From Macrostomum lignano (taxonomy: Eukaryota): a stretch of 64,000 bases of DNA. The notes beneath the pieces were generated by a model. It had not been told where the DNA came from, ran no database searches, and saw only the letters and a list, made by a program, of their open reading frames with translations. The position numbers and the translations under genes are program-made. This document shows, piece by piece, positions 15,151-27,655 of this stretch. Where the stretch lies: the NCBI GenBank assembly GCA_002269645.1, contig NIVC01001249.1, positions 1 to 64,000 of the forward strand. Reading direction: 5' to 3'. The first letter of the stretch is position 1. Each line of letters starts with the position of its first letter.

Positions 15151-15689
15151 GAGTTTATAGAGAGACATCAATGAGATGAATTGACAAAGTGCATAAAAAG
15201 TTCAGAGTACAGAACCCGCAGCCACTAGAAAGGGCATAAGGCACTGCTAACGGTTCGATAGTTCGGTTTCTAAGCTAGAATGCTCAAAATCGTTTAGAAG
15301 TCTCTTAAGTCTCACACCGGTCAATGTTTAAAGGCCGAACTTCCTGTTAGCTAATTTTTATGCGAGCAATATTTCTGCTCTAATTAGAAAACTGTGATTC
15401 ATAATTTTCAAGATCATGCACAGCCTAATTGCGCAGCTTTTCAAGTCAAGACGGCTTAAGTAATTAATTGCTTGTGTGCTTGGTTTCCGGCATTGGGTAA
15501 TATTTAATAAAACTCTCAAGGCCTGCCTGGGTCCTCCGTTAGCTGGTCGCAAATATATTATTTAAAATCTTAATGTCTTCAGTGTGCTATCACTGTATCA
15601 GAGTTCTACTCAATTCTGTGAGTTCTTTAATTATTCACTGTTCTATTCGACCTCAGTTTTGATGCTATTGGATTCTAAGTATCCTAAAT

Positions 15690-16560
15690 TAATCTCTATG
15701 GCATTCCAAAGATCCCAAATGGACTTTTATGCGATTCTAATGATCCCAGTTTGAATTTTATGGGATTCCAAAGATCCCAAATAGATTTTTATGAGAGTCC
15801 AAAGATCCCAAATAGATTTTTATGAGAGTCCAAATATCCCAAATGGACTTCTATGGGATTCTAAAGATCCCAAATTGATTTTATGAGATTCCAAAGATCC
15901 CAAATTGATTTTATGAGATTCCAAAGATCCCAAATAGATTTTATGAGATTCCAAAGATCCCAAATTGATTTTATGAGATTCCAAAGATCCCAAATAGATT
16001 TTTATGAGAGTCCAAAGATCCCAAATAGATTTTTATGAGAGTCCAAAGATCCCAAATGGACTTCTATGGGATTCTAAAGATCCCAAATTGATTTTATGGG
16101 ATTCCAAAGATCCCAAATTGATTTTATGAGATTCCAAAGATCCCAAATAGATTTTTATGAGAGTCCAAAGATCCCAAATGGACTTCTATGGGATTATAAA
16201 GATCCCAAATAGATTTTATGAGATTCCAAAGATCCCAAATAGATTTTTATGAGAGTCCAAAGATCCCAAATAGATTTTTATGAGAGTCCAAAGATCCCAA
16301 ATGGACTTCTATGGGATTCTAAAGATCCCAAATAGATTTTTATGATTTTTATGAGAGTCCAAAGATCCCAAATTGATTTTATGAGATTCCAAAGATCCCA
16401 AATAGATTTTTATGAGAGTCCAAAGATCCCAAATGGACTTCTATGGGATTATAAAGATCCCAAAGTGACTTTTAAGGGATTCCAAAGATCCCAATTTACT
16501 TTAGTGGGATTTTAAAGACCCTAAATTTTTTTGGGATACCAAAGATCCCAAATAGATTTT
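15690..16560. repeat. 30/31-bp AT-rich minisatellite (CCAAAGATCCCAAATAGATTTTTATGAGAGT)
   Basis: Direct inspection. Confidence 0.92.
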
Positions 16561-16686
16561 AATGAAAATCTGAAGATAACCGTTTTTTTATTTATAGATT
16601 TATGGATTTCATATTTAACAAAGAGTATCCGACACTCCCAACTCTAGAAGCACAACTGGCCCCTTCCCAATCCCAACATAACGCAG

Positions 16687-16915
16687 GTGGACCATCTGAA
16701 CTCCGTATTCCCACCGGGCTGGGCGGGCCCGGAGAGCGGTTTCGCTTCCGAGCGCAGCCCGTCAAACATTGCGTCAAACTCCGCCGGCCACTCTTGCGCT
16801 GGCGACGCCGTTGACGCCAACGTCGGCGTTGGCGGCGGCTTCGGCGGCAATGGCAGCAGCCGAGAGTCAGCCTGCGGCGATTCGCTCAGCTCCTGCGATA
16901 TTTTGCCATTCTCTG
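16687..16915 (+). CDS. Klarsicht/nesprin-like protein, exon (disordered, ESGFASERSPS)
   Basis: Acceptor taacgcag|GTG (phase 0) and donor TCT G|gtttgt (phase 1). Phases match both neighbouring exons. Confidence 0.65.
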
Positions 16916-18132
16916 GTTTGTTCTCTCATATTTAACTTTAGAAACATCATAGTGGCTACTTACATTGCAATGAGTAGTGAAATAAGCGTTTCCTACGCTT
17001 AACAAGATTATTTAGCCTATTAGCAAGTTATTAGTTAGTCTTCAATTATTAGCAAGTCTTATCTGTGGGTTAACAAAAATTAGACTGCCACGAATTGACT
17101 GCCGAATCTAAATTCATTCTAAACTACCTTAACTCCTAAACCCTAACTTACATGTAAACTTAACTTTTCAACCCAACTCTAACTTCTAACCTAAACCCAA
17201 CTCTAACTCTAAATTAAACCCAATTCTAACCTGATTTAAACCCAATTCCAAACCTGACCTAAACCCTAACCTGCCCTAACTCTAACCTAACCTAAATTGC
17301 TGGTAGTTAGTCAAGTTGTGGCAATAAAATTGCGTCAATCAATTTATCAATTGTCGTGCTCTCGACTCTCGTGATTTCGATTTCGAGATAGCAAAAGACG
17401 CGAATGACTGCGACAGACTTGGACAAAATAGAGAGGACTTCTTCACAAATGCTGAAAATAAAAATTTAGAGAACTCCAGACAAGATTCTGTTGTCTGACA
17501 GAGCCCCCGAGGCAAGTATTTCTTTTAAATGGACCCATTAGAGCGTGCGACAACGTCCACGAGTGCAACACACTGCTGTCTAACTCTAAGCTTTCATTCA
17601 AGAAAAGATGGGGTGGGTTGAGCTTTGAGCTTTGCGCAGAAAAATGGACAGCAAAAATGAAAGATGAAAGAGAATGCGAGGAGACTCGAGGAGCTGAGAG
17701 AGTCAGGTTGCTCATAGAGGCATGCATTTACATTCTTTAAAATGCGACAGTGTTTGCCGCAGAGCTCTACTTGGCGTTGGCGGTGGAGAAAAGCTAAACA
17801 ACAGGGGCTTGTAATTTTGATGGCCACATCCATAAAACTCAGCTTTAAACCCCCCCCCCCCCCGCGGCCAAAATGTACATCCAATGTACATTCCAACCCC
17901 CGCGTCCTGCTCTCTCGCGCGGAGGGAAAGGAAGAAGTCGATGGGGCCTTGAAAACAGCGGGGGGTTGGCTTGCCGTTATCGCACCGCCCACCACCCCTC
18001 CCTGCCCCCAGGCCTTTCTCCCCCTTTAGTAAAATGTCTATCTATCCCCGTCCCGGCTCACATTTAAGCTTAGACATTGGCGTAGCCCCCCCAAACCTAT
18101 TGCTGAAGCTCCTCCCTCCTCCTCTCTCGCAG

Positions 18133-18828
18133 AGGACGAGTATGAGAAGATTCAAGACAACTCGAGCTCGGCGCTCTCCTCGGCTGTCTACGCGGCGAAG
18201 TCAAAGACAACAACGGCGACAGCGGCCGGAATGACCGATGGCGCCGAGGCTTCCGGCGCCGCCTCCGTGTTGCAGCGACCGGCCGAGTGCGGCAAAGCAG
18301 CCGGAGACGCTCGCCGGGCCGCTCTGGCGCGACAAGTTGACCAGTGGCGCCAGGACGCCAGCCTGCGCCACGACTTGTGCAGCCGGTCCGACAGCCGCCT
18401 GCGTAACGGCTTCGTCGCCTGCCGGGTGCGCAGTCACGACACCCTGCTGCGCCGGATGCGCATCAGTGCCAACGCCAACTCCGAGGACAGCGCCAGCGCC
18501 AACAATGCCAAGGATAATTACGAGACTCTCCTGACGTTGATAACTCGGGATGAGGGCGGCGATCGGTTAGAGTTCTTCGGCGGCGATGGCGACACTGATT
18601 TTGATATGGACAACGTGGAAGGCGTCGAGAATGGCGACAGCAAAGCCACGCGCCGCCAGACGAAGCTGCCGCGCTCGCTTGCCGAGGTGCAGGTGCGGCA
18701 CAGCCGCAGCGCCTATTTATCAACGGCAAGCAACTATTTCTATGGCATGACCGCCGTGGACAACGACGTGGTGCACGACGATATTGATGGCGAGGTTGAG
18801 GGCGGGGAGGACAACGTCATGAACCAGG
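18133..18828 (+). CDS. Klarsicht/nesprin-like protein, exon
   Basis: Acceptor ctctctcgcag|AG (phase 1) and donor CAG G|gtaagg (phase 1); open, GC-rich frame including ORF 18231-18848. Confidence 0.75.
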
Positions 18829-18846
18829 GTAAGGAAGCTGGTCACT

Positions 18847-19390
18847 GACGCCCACCGCCATTCCCGGACATGGGACACCCATCGCCATTCCGGACACCCA
18901 CCGCCATTCCTGGACACCCCGGACAACCACCGCCATTCCCGGACACCCACCGCCATTCCTGGACACTGGACATCCACCGCCATTCCTGGACACCCACCGC
19001 AATTCCCGGACACCCACCGCCATTCCCGGACACTGGACATCCACCGCCATTCCTGGACACCCACCGCAATTCCCGGACACCCACCGCCATTCCCGGACAC
19101 CCACCGCAATTCCCGGACACCCACCGCCATTCCCGGACAACCACCGCCATTCCCGGACACCCACCGCCATTCCCGGACACTGGACATCCACCGCCATTCC
19201 TGGACACCCACCGCAATTCCCGGACACCCACCGCCATTCCCGGACACCCACCGCCATTCCCGGACACCCACCGCCATTCTCGGACACCCACCGCCATTCC
19301 CGGACACTGAACATCCACCGCCATTCCCGGACACTGGACATCCACCGCCATTCCCGGACACTGGACATCCACCGCCATTCCCGGACACCC
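18847..19390. repeat. 20/27-bp minisatellite (CACCCACCGCCATTCCCGGA) filling an intron
   Basis: Direct inspection. Confidence 0.93.
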
Positions 19391-19403
19391 CTTGACACCG
19401 CAG

Positions 19404-19887
19404 ACGCCTCCGTCAGCGCCAGCCACTGGAACGGCGACGGCGTCTCCGACGTGGACTTGTCGGCGATTTCGCAGCAGGGCGGCAGCTGCCCGATCCGCCT
19501 TGCCCTCGCCCAGGCCCGCATCGCCGCCGCCGGCTCCGTCGGCAGTAGCTTCGGCAGCGGCACCGGCCGGTACCGGGGAGGCACCAGCGGCGGACGGTGG
19601 CGCGATTTTCGCAGCGACACCCGGCTGTACTGGGAGTGCCTGGCCGGTGGCAGCGAGGCCTACAGCGAAGGCGACGGCAGCGGCAGTGCTGGTGTTGATG
19701 GCGGCGACGGCGGCCGAATTGGTCGGCGCGGTCGCGATGCCACCTCGTCCGATGTTGACGAGAGTTGGTCGTTTTCCCGTTCCGACCTGTCCTCCTCTGC
19801 CGGCTCCTACGGGCTGGAACTGCCGGACAACCGGGGCGGCGCTGTTGAGAGTGGGGCCCGCATCAGCTGCGACAGTCTGGAGGGCGG
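19404..19887 (+). CDS. Klarsicht/nesprin-like protein, exon (Gly/Ser-rich, contains LYWE)
   Basis: Acceptor acaccgcag|AC (phase 1) and donor GG|gtgagt (phase 2); frame of ORF 19451-19891. Confidence 0.75.
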
Positions 19888-19909
19888 GTGAGTGGCTCTC
19901 GGTCTGCCC

Positions 19910-19988
19910 GTGTGTCTGTCTGTCTGTCTGCCTGTCTGCCTGTCTGTCTGTCTGCCTGCCTGTCTGTCTGTCTGTCTGTCTGTCTTAG

Positions 19989-20045
<57 letters not shown>
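19910..20045. repeat. (TCTG)n microsatellite
   Basis: Direct inspection. Confidence 0.95.
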
Positions 20046-20046
<1 letters not shown>

Positions 20047-20075
20047 CCTGATGATCTACCCTCCTTTCTTCCCAG

Positions 20076-20281
20076 AATGCACCCGCATCCTGGCGGATCG
20101 GCAGCGCAGGAGGCGGTCAGCTCTGACCACTCGCTGCTGCTAGTAGACCGAGCAGACCGGCACCTGTACTGGCAGCACCGCTCCGATCTCCACCCCGAGG
20201 CTGCTGCTACCGCCTTCGACTCAACTGACGGTGCTGCCACGGCCTCAAACATGCCGACAGTTGGAGAGGAAGATCAAAGCG
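20076..20281 (+). CDS. Klarsicht/nesprin-like protein, exon
   Basis: Acceptor tttcttcccag|A (phase 2) and donor AGC G|gtgagt (phase 1). Confidence 0.72.
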
Positions 20282-20330
20282 GTGAGTCGCATTGATAAAG
20301 TCAGACAGTGTTGTAGGCAATATAGGGTAA

Positions 20331-20930
20331 ATTCGGTCAGGAGTAATTTCGGTCAGGAGTAATTTCGGTCAGGAATAATTTCGGTCAGAAATAATTTCGT
20401 TTAGGAGTAATTTCGGTCAGGAGGAATTTCGGTCAGGGGTAATTTCGGTCAGGAATAATTTCGGTCAGGAGTAATTTCGGTCAGGAGTAAGTTCGTTTAG
20501 GAGTAATTTCGGTCAGGAGGAATTTCGGTCAGGGGTAATTTCGGTCAGGAATAATTTCGGTCAGGAGTAATTTCGGTCAGGAATAATTTCGGTCAGGAAT
20601 AATTTCGGTCAGGAGTAATTTCGGTCAGGAGGAATTTCGGTCAGGAGTAATTTCGGTCAGGAATAATTTCGGTCAGGAGGGATTTCGGTCAGGAATAATT
20701 TCGGTCAGGAATAATTTCGGTCAGGAGGGATTTCGGTCAGGAGTAATTTCGGTCAGGAATAATTTCGGTCAGGAATAATTTCGGTCATGAGGAATTTCGG
20801 TCAGGAATAATTTCGGTCAGGAGTAATTTCGGTCAGGAGTAATTTCGGTCAGGAGGAATTTCGGTCAGGAGGAATTTCGGTCAGGAGGAATTTCGGTCAG
20901 GAAGAATTTCAGTCAGGAGTAATTTCGTTC
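20331..20930. repeat. 16-bp minisatellite (AATTTCGGTCAGGAGT)
   Basis: Direct inspection. Confidence 0.95.
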
Positions 20931-21027
20931 AGACTCTAAAATCATTCTCCTATCTCGGTAGTTGAATTTATTATGATTTATTTCTAAGAAACGAATTTGC
21001 TCCGTTGCCATGGCTACCTTGCCGCAG

Positions 21028-21323
21028 GCCTGGACGAGAGCAGCCTGTCCAGTGTGGCCAACGAGCAGCTGGACGTGGACCAGCTGTGGGACTACAGCTG
21101 CCAGCCGGATCTGTACTCAGACGCCGATGACACTGACGAGTTGGATGAGCAGCGGACTCAGGCCGCGCTGCTGCTGGAGGACAGTCAGCTGAGCCTGTGG
21201 GAGATTGACCAGCCTGCTATGGACTTGACCTCTGCCGGGCTGCTGCCGCCTCAGCTGCCTGCCTCTGCTGTCCGGAGGCGGAAAATTGCGGCTGAGCTGC
21301 TTGAGACTGAGCACGACTTCTTG
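21028..21323 (+). CDS. Klarsicht/nesprin-like protein, acidic exon with DQLWDY and SLWEID motifs
   Basis: Acceptor ttgccgcag|GC (phase 1) and donor TTG|gtgagc (phase 0). Confidence 0.75.
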
Positions 21324-21394
21324 GTGAGCAGTCTGGATCTGTGATTCCATGATTTTAGGGACTTGGGATATTAGAGTCGGAATATTGGGATTCC

Positions 21395-23822
21395 ATAATC
21401 GGGATTCCATAATCGGGATTCCATAATCGGGATTCCATAATCGGGATTCCATAATCGGGATTCCATAATGGAGATTCCATAATCGGGGTTCCATAATGGG
21501 GATTCTATAATCGGGATTCCATGATTGAGATTCCATAATGGGGATTCCATAATCGGGATTCCATGATTGGCATTCTATAATTGGGATTCCAAAATCGGGA
21601 TTCCATGATTGGGATTCTATAATCGGGATTCCATGATTGGGTTCTATAATCGGGATTCCATGATTGGGATTCTATAATCGGGATTCCATGATTGGATTCT
21701 ATAATCGGGATTCCATGATTGGGTTCTATAATCGGGATTCCATGATTGGGATTCTATAATCGGGATTCCATGATTGGGTTCTATAATCGGGATTCCATGA
21801 TTGGGATTCTATAATCGGGATTCCATAATCGGGATTCCAAAATCGGGATTCCATGATTGGGATTCTATAATCGGGATTCCATGATTGGGATTCCATGATT
21901 GGGATTCTATAATCGGGATTCCATGATTGGGTTCTATAATCGGGATTCCATGATTGGGATTCTATAATCGGGATTCCATGATTGGGATTCTATAATCGGG
22001 ATTCCATGATTGGATTCTATAATCGGGATTCCATGATTGGGATTCTATAATCGGGATTCCATAATCGGGATTCTATAATCGGGATTCCATAATCGGGATT
22101 CCATAATTGGGATTCAATAATCGGGATTCTATTATCGGGATTCCACCAAAGCCACACCAACACTCAGCACTAAAGCCCCACACCTACATAATTGGGATTC
22201 CATAATCGGGATTCTATAATCGGGATTCTATAATCGGGATTCCATGATTGAGATTCCATAATGGGGATTCCATAATCGGGATTCCATGATTGGCATTCTA
22301 TAATTGGGATTCCAAAATCGGGATTCCATGATCGGGATTCTATAATCGGGATTCCATGATCGGGATTCCAAAATCGGGATTCCATGATTGGGATTCTATA
22401 ATCGGGATTCCATGATTGGGTTCTATAATCGGGATTCCATGATTGGGTTCTATAATCGGGATTCCATGATTGGGTTCTATAATCGGGATTCCATGATTGG
22501 GTTCTATAATCGGGATTCCATGATTGGGATTCTATAATCGGGATTCCATGATTGGGATTCTATAATCGGGATTCCATGATTGGGTTCTATAATCGGGATT
22601 CCATGATTGGGTTCTATAATCGGGATTCCATGATTGGGTTCTATAATCGGGATTCCATGATTGGGATTCTATAATCGGGATTCCATGATTGGGATTCTAT
22701 AATCGGGATTCCATGATTGGGTTCTATAATCGGGATTCCATGATTGGGATTCTATAATCGGGATTCCATGATTGGGATTCTATAATCGGGATTCCATGAT
22801 TGGGATTCTATAATCGGGATTCCATGATTGGGTTCTATAATCGGGATTCCATGATTGGGATTCTATAATCGGGATTCCATGATTGGGATTCTATAATCGG
22901 GATTCCATGATTGGGTTCTATAATCGGGATTCCATGATTGGGTTCTATAATCGGGATTCCATGATTGGGTTCTATAATCGGGATTCCATGATTGGGATTC
23001 TATAATCGGGATTCCATGATTGGGATTCTATAATCGGGATTCCATGATTGGGATTCTATAATCGGGATTCCATGATTGGGTTCTATAATCGGGATTCCAT
23101 GATTGGGATTCTATAATCGGGATTCCATGATTGGGTTCTATAATCGGGATTCCATGATTGGGATTCTATAATCGGGATTCCATGATTGGGATTCTATAAT
23201 CGGGATTCCATGATTGGGTTCTATAATCGGGATTCCATGATTGGGATTCTATAATCGGGATTCCATGATTGGGATTCTATAATCGGGATTCCATGATTGG
23301 GATTCTATAATCGGGATTCCATGATTGGGTTCTATAATCGGGATTCCATGATTGGGATTCTATAATCGGGATTCCATGATTGGGATTCTATAATCGGGAT
23401 TCCATGATTGGGTTCTATAATCAGGATTCCATGATTGGGATTCTATAATCGGGATTCCATGATTGGGATTCTATAATCGGGATTCCATGATTGGGATTCT
23501 ATAATCGGGATTCCATGATTGGGATTCTATAATCGGGGTTCCATAATGGGGATTCTATAATCGGGATTCCATGATTGGGTTCTATAATCGGGATTCCATG
23601 ATTGGGATTCTATAATCGGGATTCCATGTTTGGGATTCTATAATCTGGATTCCATGATTGGGATTCAATAATCGGGATTCCATAATTGGGATTCAATAAT
23701 CGGGATTCTATTATCGGGATTCCATCAAAGCCACACCAACACTCAGCACTAAAGCCCCACACCTACATAATTGGGATTCCATAATCGGGATTCTATAATC
23801 GGGATTTCATAATCGGGATTCC
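21395..23822. repeat. 14/28-bp minisatellite (GATTCCATGATTGGGATTCTATAATCGG), ~2.4 kb, with a duplicated unique spacer
   Basis: Direct inspection; spacer AAAGCCACACCAACACTCAGCACTAAAGCCCCACACCTAC occurs at about 22148 and 23727. Confidence 0.95.
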
Positions 23823-24424
23823 AAGACAGGTGACATAGACCAGCGCTTCTATCACCTGGTTATTCACCTGGTAAATCTTGTGTAATCAAAGGAAAGCAGA
23901 CTTCAAAGCCGAAAAGCAATTCTTGCATAGGAAATTACTGCTTCACATTACATTTCTGCAGAAGCTACATTTTTCTGCTCTACTGAAGGAAGCATATGTT
24001 TTGCTTTGGGTGGAGAAAATCCCCTTTTGAAATGGGAGATTTTAACGACAGGGGGATTTGACTTTGGCCAGGCGAGAGGTCCAGGTGTGTTTGACCCGAT
24101 GACTCACCCAATAAATCCCAATTGCGGACTCTCGTGTGCTCAAGCCAAAACTGTGTGCTCTGCGTGTGCTTGAAAATTTAGGAAGGTAATAAGGAGCGAA
24201 TTCTTATTGTTCCGCTAAAGCCGCTCTCTTCCTACTGGAGTAGTTTTTTATTATTTCTCCCCCAAATATGAGTCATGAGTCATTCGCTAAGTCGCACGAA
24301 TTTGTCGGTTCACCTGCCCTAGTATTAAGGGGGTAAAATTTATAGTCATGATTGAATTGCCACGATCAAAGCGGTTAATGGGGACGAGTTTACAATTTCC
24401 TGGTCAAGTCGAGCCTTCGTAGGT

Positions 24425-24835
24425 CAAGTGAAACCTGCCTGGGTCAAGTGAAACCTGCCTGGGTAAAGTGAAAAGCCTACCTGGGTCAAGTGAAAACCTA
24501 CCTGAGTCAATTGAAACCTGCCTGGGTCAAATGAAACCTGCCTGGGTCAAGTGAAACCTGCCTGGGTCAAGTGAAAACCTACCTGGGTCAAGTGAAAACC
24601 TACCTGGGTCAAGTGAAAACCTACCTGGGTCAAGTGAAAACCTACCTGGGTCAAGTGAAAACCTACCTGGGTCAAGTGACTATCTGGGTCAAGTGAAAAC
24701 CTACCTGGGTCAAGTGACTATCTCGGTCAAGTGACTATCTGGGTCAAGTGACTATCTGGGTCAAGTGACTATTTGGGTCAAGTGGCTATCTGGTTCAAGT
24801 GAAAAATTTGATCAAGTAATTCATTTGAGTCAAGT
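24425..24835. repeat. ~21-bp minisatellite (CCTGGGTCAAGTGAAAACCTA)
   Basis: Direct inspection. Confidence 0.9.
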
Positions 24836-24977
24836 AAACTCTTGCTGGGTCAGGTTTTGGGTCGAGTCGATATTTCCTGGATTCAGTCAAATCGAACCTT
24901 GTTGAGTCAAGTAGAGCCTTTCTGGCACCCAGCCACGCAGCTCGCTCACCCGAGCCACTCACTCCTACTCCATCCAG

Positions 24978-25363
24978 ACGCTGCAGTCCGAGGTCTGCAG
25001 TGCCTCAAAGACCGGCACCGATCTGAACCTCGGCGACGTCGCCGACTTAATCGACGCCAGCGACGATGACGTCATCGACGCAGACTCGGCCGAGCGTTGG
25101 CGCCGCCACGCCGAGATCCAAGAGGCCGCCTCGGAGGCCCACGCCAGCTGCCTGGCAACCGGCGAGTTCGACGCATCCGCAGCCGACATGGCGGCCGGCG
25201 TTGAGCGGCTGGACCGGCTGGCCGACGACCTTCGGCGCTGGCTGGCGACAGGCGCGGCGGAGCTAGAGGAGCTGCGTCAGGCGGAGGGCGAGAGTCGGCA
25301 GCGGCGCCTGCTGATGGAGAACTGGGAGCTGCTCATTGGCTGGCTGCAGTCCGATCTGGACAG
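24978..25363 (+). CDS. Klarsicht/nesprin-like protein, exon (spectrin-like helix: LDRLADDLRRWL)
   Basis: Acceptor ctccatccag|ACG (phase 0) and donor AG|gtgcgc (phase 2); no stops in frame. Confidence 0.75.
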
Positions 25364-25404
25364 GTGCGCGATGGGGGACTGCTGGGTGACGCTCTCCTCC
25401 CTGA

Positions 25405-25611
25405 CTGGTGCCTGTTCTCCTACCTATCTACCTTTCTATCTCTCCTCACCCTTGTCCCTTCCGTCTCACCCTCTCCTCTCACTCTGACTCTCCCTCAATC
25501 TCCATCTCTCCCTCTCTCCCTCTCACACCCTCTCTCTCACCTTCTCCCTGTCAATCTTCCTCTCACTCCTCCTTTCTTCCTCTCAATCTCCTCTCTCTCT
25601 CTCTTTCTCTA

Positions 25612-25645
<34 letters not shown>

Positions 25646-25850
25646 AATCTCCCTCTCCCTCTAAAGCTCCCTCTCACCCTCTCCCCTTACTCCCCCTCTA
25701 ACCGTCTACTTTCCCTCCCGCCCTCTCATTCTTTCTTCCACCCCTTTTCTCACTCTGCCCTTCCCTTTCCCTCTCTTCCTAGCCCTCTCTCACTCTCGCT
25801 CTCCCTATCCCTTGTAACACTCTTTGACTTCCTCGTATTCTACTCCTACC
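25405..25850. repeat. CT-rich low-complexity tract
   Basis: Direct inspection. Confidence 0.85.
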
Positions 25851-25972
25851 TCCATAATATCCCTATTTGTTAATACTAGTATCTCAACCTGCTTTATTAT
25901 CCCAAATCTCTGCCCCGCCAAACCGGCACAACAGCAGTTCACCCCGTCTTTCCTCCCTCTGCTCCATGCCAG

Positions 25973-26138
25973 CTGTCAATCAAATCGAGAGTCTCTGAGC
26001 AGGGCGCACGCCTCCATGCTGGAGCTGGAGCGGCTGCTCTGCCGTTGCGAGCGCCTCATCCAGGAGGAGCTGCACCGACTGCGGCAACTTGAGTCAGCCA
26101 GCAGCTTCGACAGGGAGACCGCGGCGGCGGATTTAGAG
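25973..26138 (+). CDS. Klarsicht/nesprin-like protein, exon (helical)
   Basis: Acceptor ccatgccag|C (phase 2) and donor GAG|gtgagc (phase 0); SMLELERLLCRCERLIQEELHRLRQLE. Confidence 0.75.
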
Positions 26139-26160
26139 GTGAGCAGCTGCTCAACTCAAT

Positions 26161-26528
26161 ACTGACTGACTGACTGACTGACTGACTGACTGACTGACTC
26201 ACTGACTCACTGACTGACTGACTGACTGACTCACTGACTGACTGACTGACTGACTGACTGACTGACTGACTGACTGACTGACTGACTGACTGACTGACTG
26301 ACTGACTGACTGACTGACACACTGACTGACTGACTGACTGACTGACTGACTGACTGACTGACTGACTGACTGACTGACTGACTGACTGACTGACTGACTG
26401 ACTGACTGACTGACTGACTGACTGACTGACTGACTGACTGACTGACTGACTGACTGACTGACTGACTGACTCACTGACTCACTGACTCACTGACTCACTG
26501 ACTGGCTCACTGACTGACTGACTGACTG
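26161..26528. repeat. (ACTG)n microsatellite
   Basis: Direct inspection. Confidence 0.97.
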
Positions 26529-26698
26529 ATAAATTAATCTCTGCTTGAACTCCGGACCTTCAACACGATTATAATTTTTAAATTTTTTGTGTCCGAGTAG
26601 ATAATTTCTAGTGTTCGCCACATACTACTACTTTGGTGATGAAAAGTCTGTTTTCTATACATATCGGGAAATTCAACTCCACTCGCCCTTCTGCTTAG

Positions 26699-27178
26699 GA
26701 GGCAGCCAAAAACGCGGACTCGGCGGCCTCCCTTGTCAGCCACTGCTCGGCGCTGCTCGACGCCTCCCTCGGCGCCAGCCTGACAGCGTCGGCGCACGCG
26801 CGAATTGACGAACGACTCGCGTCGGCGTCCAGCAGCTCGGCGAGGCTGCGCCGTCGCTGCCGACGTCTCCGCCTTTTGGTGATTCGGGCCACGACATGTA
26901 CGGAGCTGCCGACGCAGCCGGAGGTCCGTGCGGAGCGGCTCGGCCGGCGCTGGTGCGCCCGTATGGCGGCCGCTGCGGCTGTGGCTTCTCTGCTGCTTCT
27001 TCTGCTGCTGCTGCTGTGCTGGCTGGCTGCTCTGCTGGCCAACCCGGCTGGAGCTCCGCCGGCTTCGGCAGCTCCCGTGACGGCCGACTGGGGCTGCCGG
27101 CGCGGCTGGATGGGCTGGCTGGTGTCCCGCCTGCTGCCAGCGCTGCGGGAGACCCGACCGAATGGCGCTCCGTTCTGA
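26699..27178 (+). CDS. Klarsicht/nesprin-like protein, last exon: single TM plus KASH-like luminal tail
   Basis: Acceptor ttctgcttag|GAG (phase 0). RRWCARMAAAAAVASLLLLLLLLLCWLAALL (TM), then ...WGC...SRLLPALRETRPNGAPF*, comparable to KASH ends such as PMLRYTNGPPPL. The nine exons 12801-27178 total 3195 nt in frame. Confidence 0.72.
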   Translation, partial: EAAKNADSAASLVSHCSALLDASLGASLTASAHARIDERLASASSSSARLRRRCRRLRLLVIRATTCTELPTQPEVRAERLGRRWCARMAAAAAVASLLLLLLLLLCWLAALLANPAGAPPASAAPVTADWGCRRGWMGWLVSRLLPALRETRPNGAPF

Positions 27179-27231
27179 GTCCGTGGGGAGTCCTGCACTA
27201 CCGTGCTCAGACTGGGTTTTAGAGGCCTCAG

Positions 27232-27655
27232 GGTCCCTGTATTTCAGCTGGTGCCAGCACCTGAAGGTCCCTGTATTTCAGCTGGTGCCTGCACCTGAAG
27301 GTCCCTGTATTTCAGCTGGTGCCTGCACCTGAAGCTCCCTGTATTTCAGCTGGTGCCTGCACCTGAAGGTCCCTGTATTTCAGCTGGTGCCTGCACCTGA
27401 AGGTCCCTGTATTTCAGCTGGTGCCTGCACCTGAAGGTCCCTGTATTTCAGCTGGTGCCTGCACCTGAAGGTCCCTGTATCTCAGCTGGTGCCTGCACCT
27501 GAAGGTCCCTGTATTTCAGCTGGTGCCTGCACCTGAAGGTCCCTGTATCTCAGCTGGTGCCTGCACCTGAAGGTCCCTGTATCTCAGCTGGTGCCAGCAC
27601 CTGAAGGTCCCTGTATCTCAGCTGGTGCCTGCACCTGAAGGTCCCTGTATTTCAG
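27232..27655. repeat. 34-bp minisatellite, ~12 copies (GGTCCCTGTATTTCAGCTGGTGCCTGCACCTGAA)
   Basis: Head-to-tail units, no spacers. Confidence 0.95.

Noticed and set aside
17130-17300. Telomere-like CCCTAA/CTAACC tract
   Set aside because: Too degenerate; low-complexity intron sequence with few true TTAGGG units.
21270-21323. RRRKIAAELLETEHDFL resembles the start of a RhoGEF DH domain
   Set aside because: The following exons do not continue a DH fold; the protein ends in TM plus a KASH-like tail.
26896-27222. Alternative frame ending SVLSPWGVLHYRAQTGF, faintly KASH5/LRMP-like
   Set aside because: This frame has no TM helix and is not the frame set by the 26699 acceptor; it would need a frameshift.
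27232-27655. 34-bp repeats of CRISPR-like length
   Set aside because: Head-to-tail with no unique spacers, no cas genes, eukaryotic context.
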